This document shows, piece by piece, positions 35,911 through 36,445 of a stretch of 36,445 bases of DNA; the first letter of the stretch is position 1, and each line of letters opens with the position of its first letter. Made by a program: the position numbers and the translations under genes. The notes beneath the pieces were generated by a model. That model worked only from the letters and a program-made list of their open reading frames with translations. It was not told the origin of the DNA and ran no database searches. Origin of the DNA: Actinomycetota bacterium (lineage in GTDB: Bacteria > Actinomycetota > UBA4738 > HRBIN12); NCBI GenBank assembly GCA_050692855.1, contig JBOGVO010000066.1, positions 1 to 36,445 on the forward strand, read 5' to 3'.

Positions 35911-35984
35911 GCCGGAGTAGCTCAGCCTGGCAGAGCAACCGCCTCGTAAGTGGTAGGTCATGGGTTCGAATCCCATCTCCGGCT
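35911..35984 (+). tRNA. tRNA-Thr (anticodon CGT)
   Basis: Hand-folded cloverleaf. Acceptor GCCGGAG/CTCCGGC, D-arm GCTC-AGCCTGGCA-GAGC, anticodon arm ACCGC-CTCGTAA-GTGGT (anticodon CGT), variable loop AGGTC, T-arm ATGGG-TTCGAAT-CCCAT, discriminator T. CCA is not encoded. Confidence 0.93.
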
Positions 35985-36044
35985 CCGTGCGCTCCGAGGT
36001 CTTCCCGGCCGGCCGGGGATCGCCTGATGCTAGTATCCGCCGCG

Positions 36045-36445
36045 ATGAAGCCGCCTCGGAAGCTTCCCTCCGCGATCGCGGTCGCCGTGGCCGCATCGGT
36101 GGTCACCGTGGGCACCGCTGGCGCTCAGACGCCCGTCGATCCGGCCGTCGCGCCCGTCGAGAACGACGGGGGGTGGGTGTACTGGCTGGCGATCGCGCTG
36201 GCGGCGCTCGGAGTCATCGTGGTGGCCTTCCTCGTCATCCAGTACATGCGATACGCGCCGCGGTTCTCCAAGGACGAGGAAGGGCTGAAGGTCGTGCGAG
36301 CAGATCGTGTGCGGGTCGGCCACGAACTGCCTCGGCGCAACGTCGACCTCTCGCAGGCCGCTCCGATCGTCGTGGCACCGCCGGCGGTTCCGGCCCCAGC
36401 GGCGGCCCTGGCTCCCGCCGCGCCGACGGCCCGAGCGGCCGCTCC
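36045..36445 (+). CDS. hypothetical secreted/membrane protein, 3' end beyond the window
   Basis: It is absent from the ORF track because no stop falls in the window. ATG 36045 gives MKPPRKLPSAIAVAVAASVVTVGTAGA|QTP (signal), then a TM helix WVYWLAIALAALGVIVVAFLVI, then a Pro/Ala-rich region. GC3 bias is strong throughout. Confidence 0.5.
   Translation, partial: MKPPRKLPSAIAVAVAASVVTVGTAGAQTPVDPAVAPVENDGGWVYWLAIALAALGVIVVAFLVIQYMRYAPRFSKDEEGLKVVRADRVRVGHELPRRNVDLSQAAPIVVAPPAVPAPAAALAPAAPTARAAA

Noticed and set aside
34930-36096. 388-aa minus-strand ORF spanning the regulator gene, the tRNA-Thr and the next intergenic region
   Set aside because: It runs antisense through a well-supported regulator CDS and a tRNA gene, and has no motifs. 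Spurious.

Overview
Very GC-rich, actinobacterial-type chromosomal DNA, with GC3-dominated codons, ATG/GTG starts behind GGAGG-like SDs, and many long spurious antisense ORFs. Bases 1 to 12.8 kb are core genes. They comprise a 5'-truncated APC permease, a GNAT acetyltransferase, a GH38 alpha-mannosidase, a secreted repeat protein, DedA, and the topA / MFS-tmk fusion / holB block. From 12.8 kb to a tRNA-Thr(CGU) at 35.9 kb lies a signalling-dense block. It holds seven paralogous polytopic HisKA_3 histidine kinases: four in tandem on the minus strand, two in tandem and one solo on the plus strand. The two array-terminal copies are pseudogenes whose lesions I could map. The block also holds four receiver proteins: one REC-only, two NarL/LuxR-type, and one REC / LuxR-HTH / class III nucleotidyl cyclase fusion. 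Other genes there are a stand-alone USP, a USP-ABC1/UbiB kinase fusion, a purple-acid-phosphatase-like metallophosphoesterase and an SGNH lipoprotein. A 17-bp 7-2-7 palindrome occurs twice, once in each divergent promoter region flanking the minus-strand kinase array. I saw no CRISPR array, rRNA, integrase or transposase. All calls come from reading the sequence and ORF translations by eye. No database or HMM search was run, so family names are motif-based recognitions.
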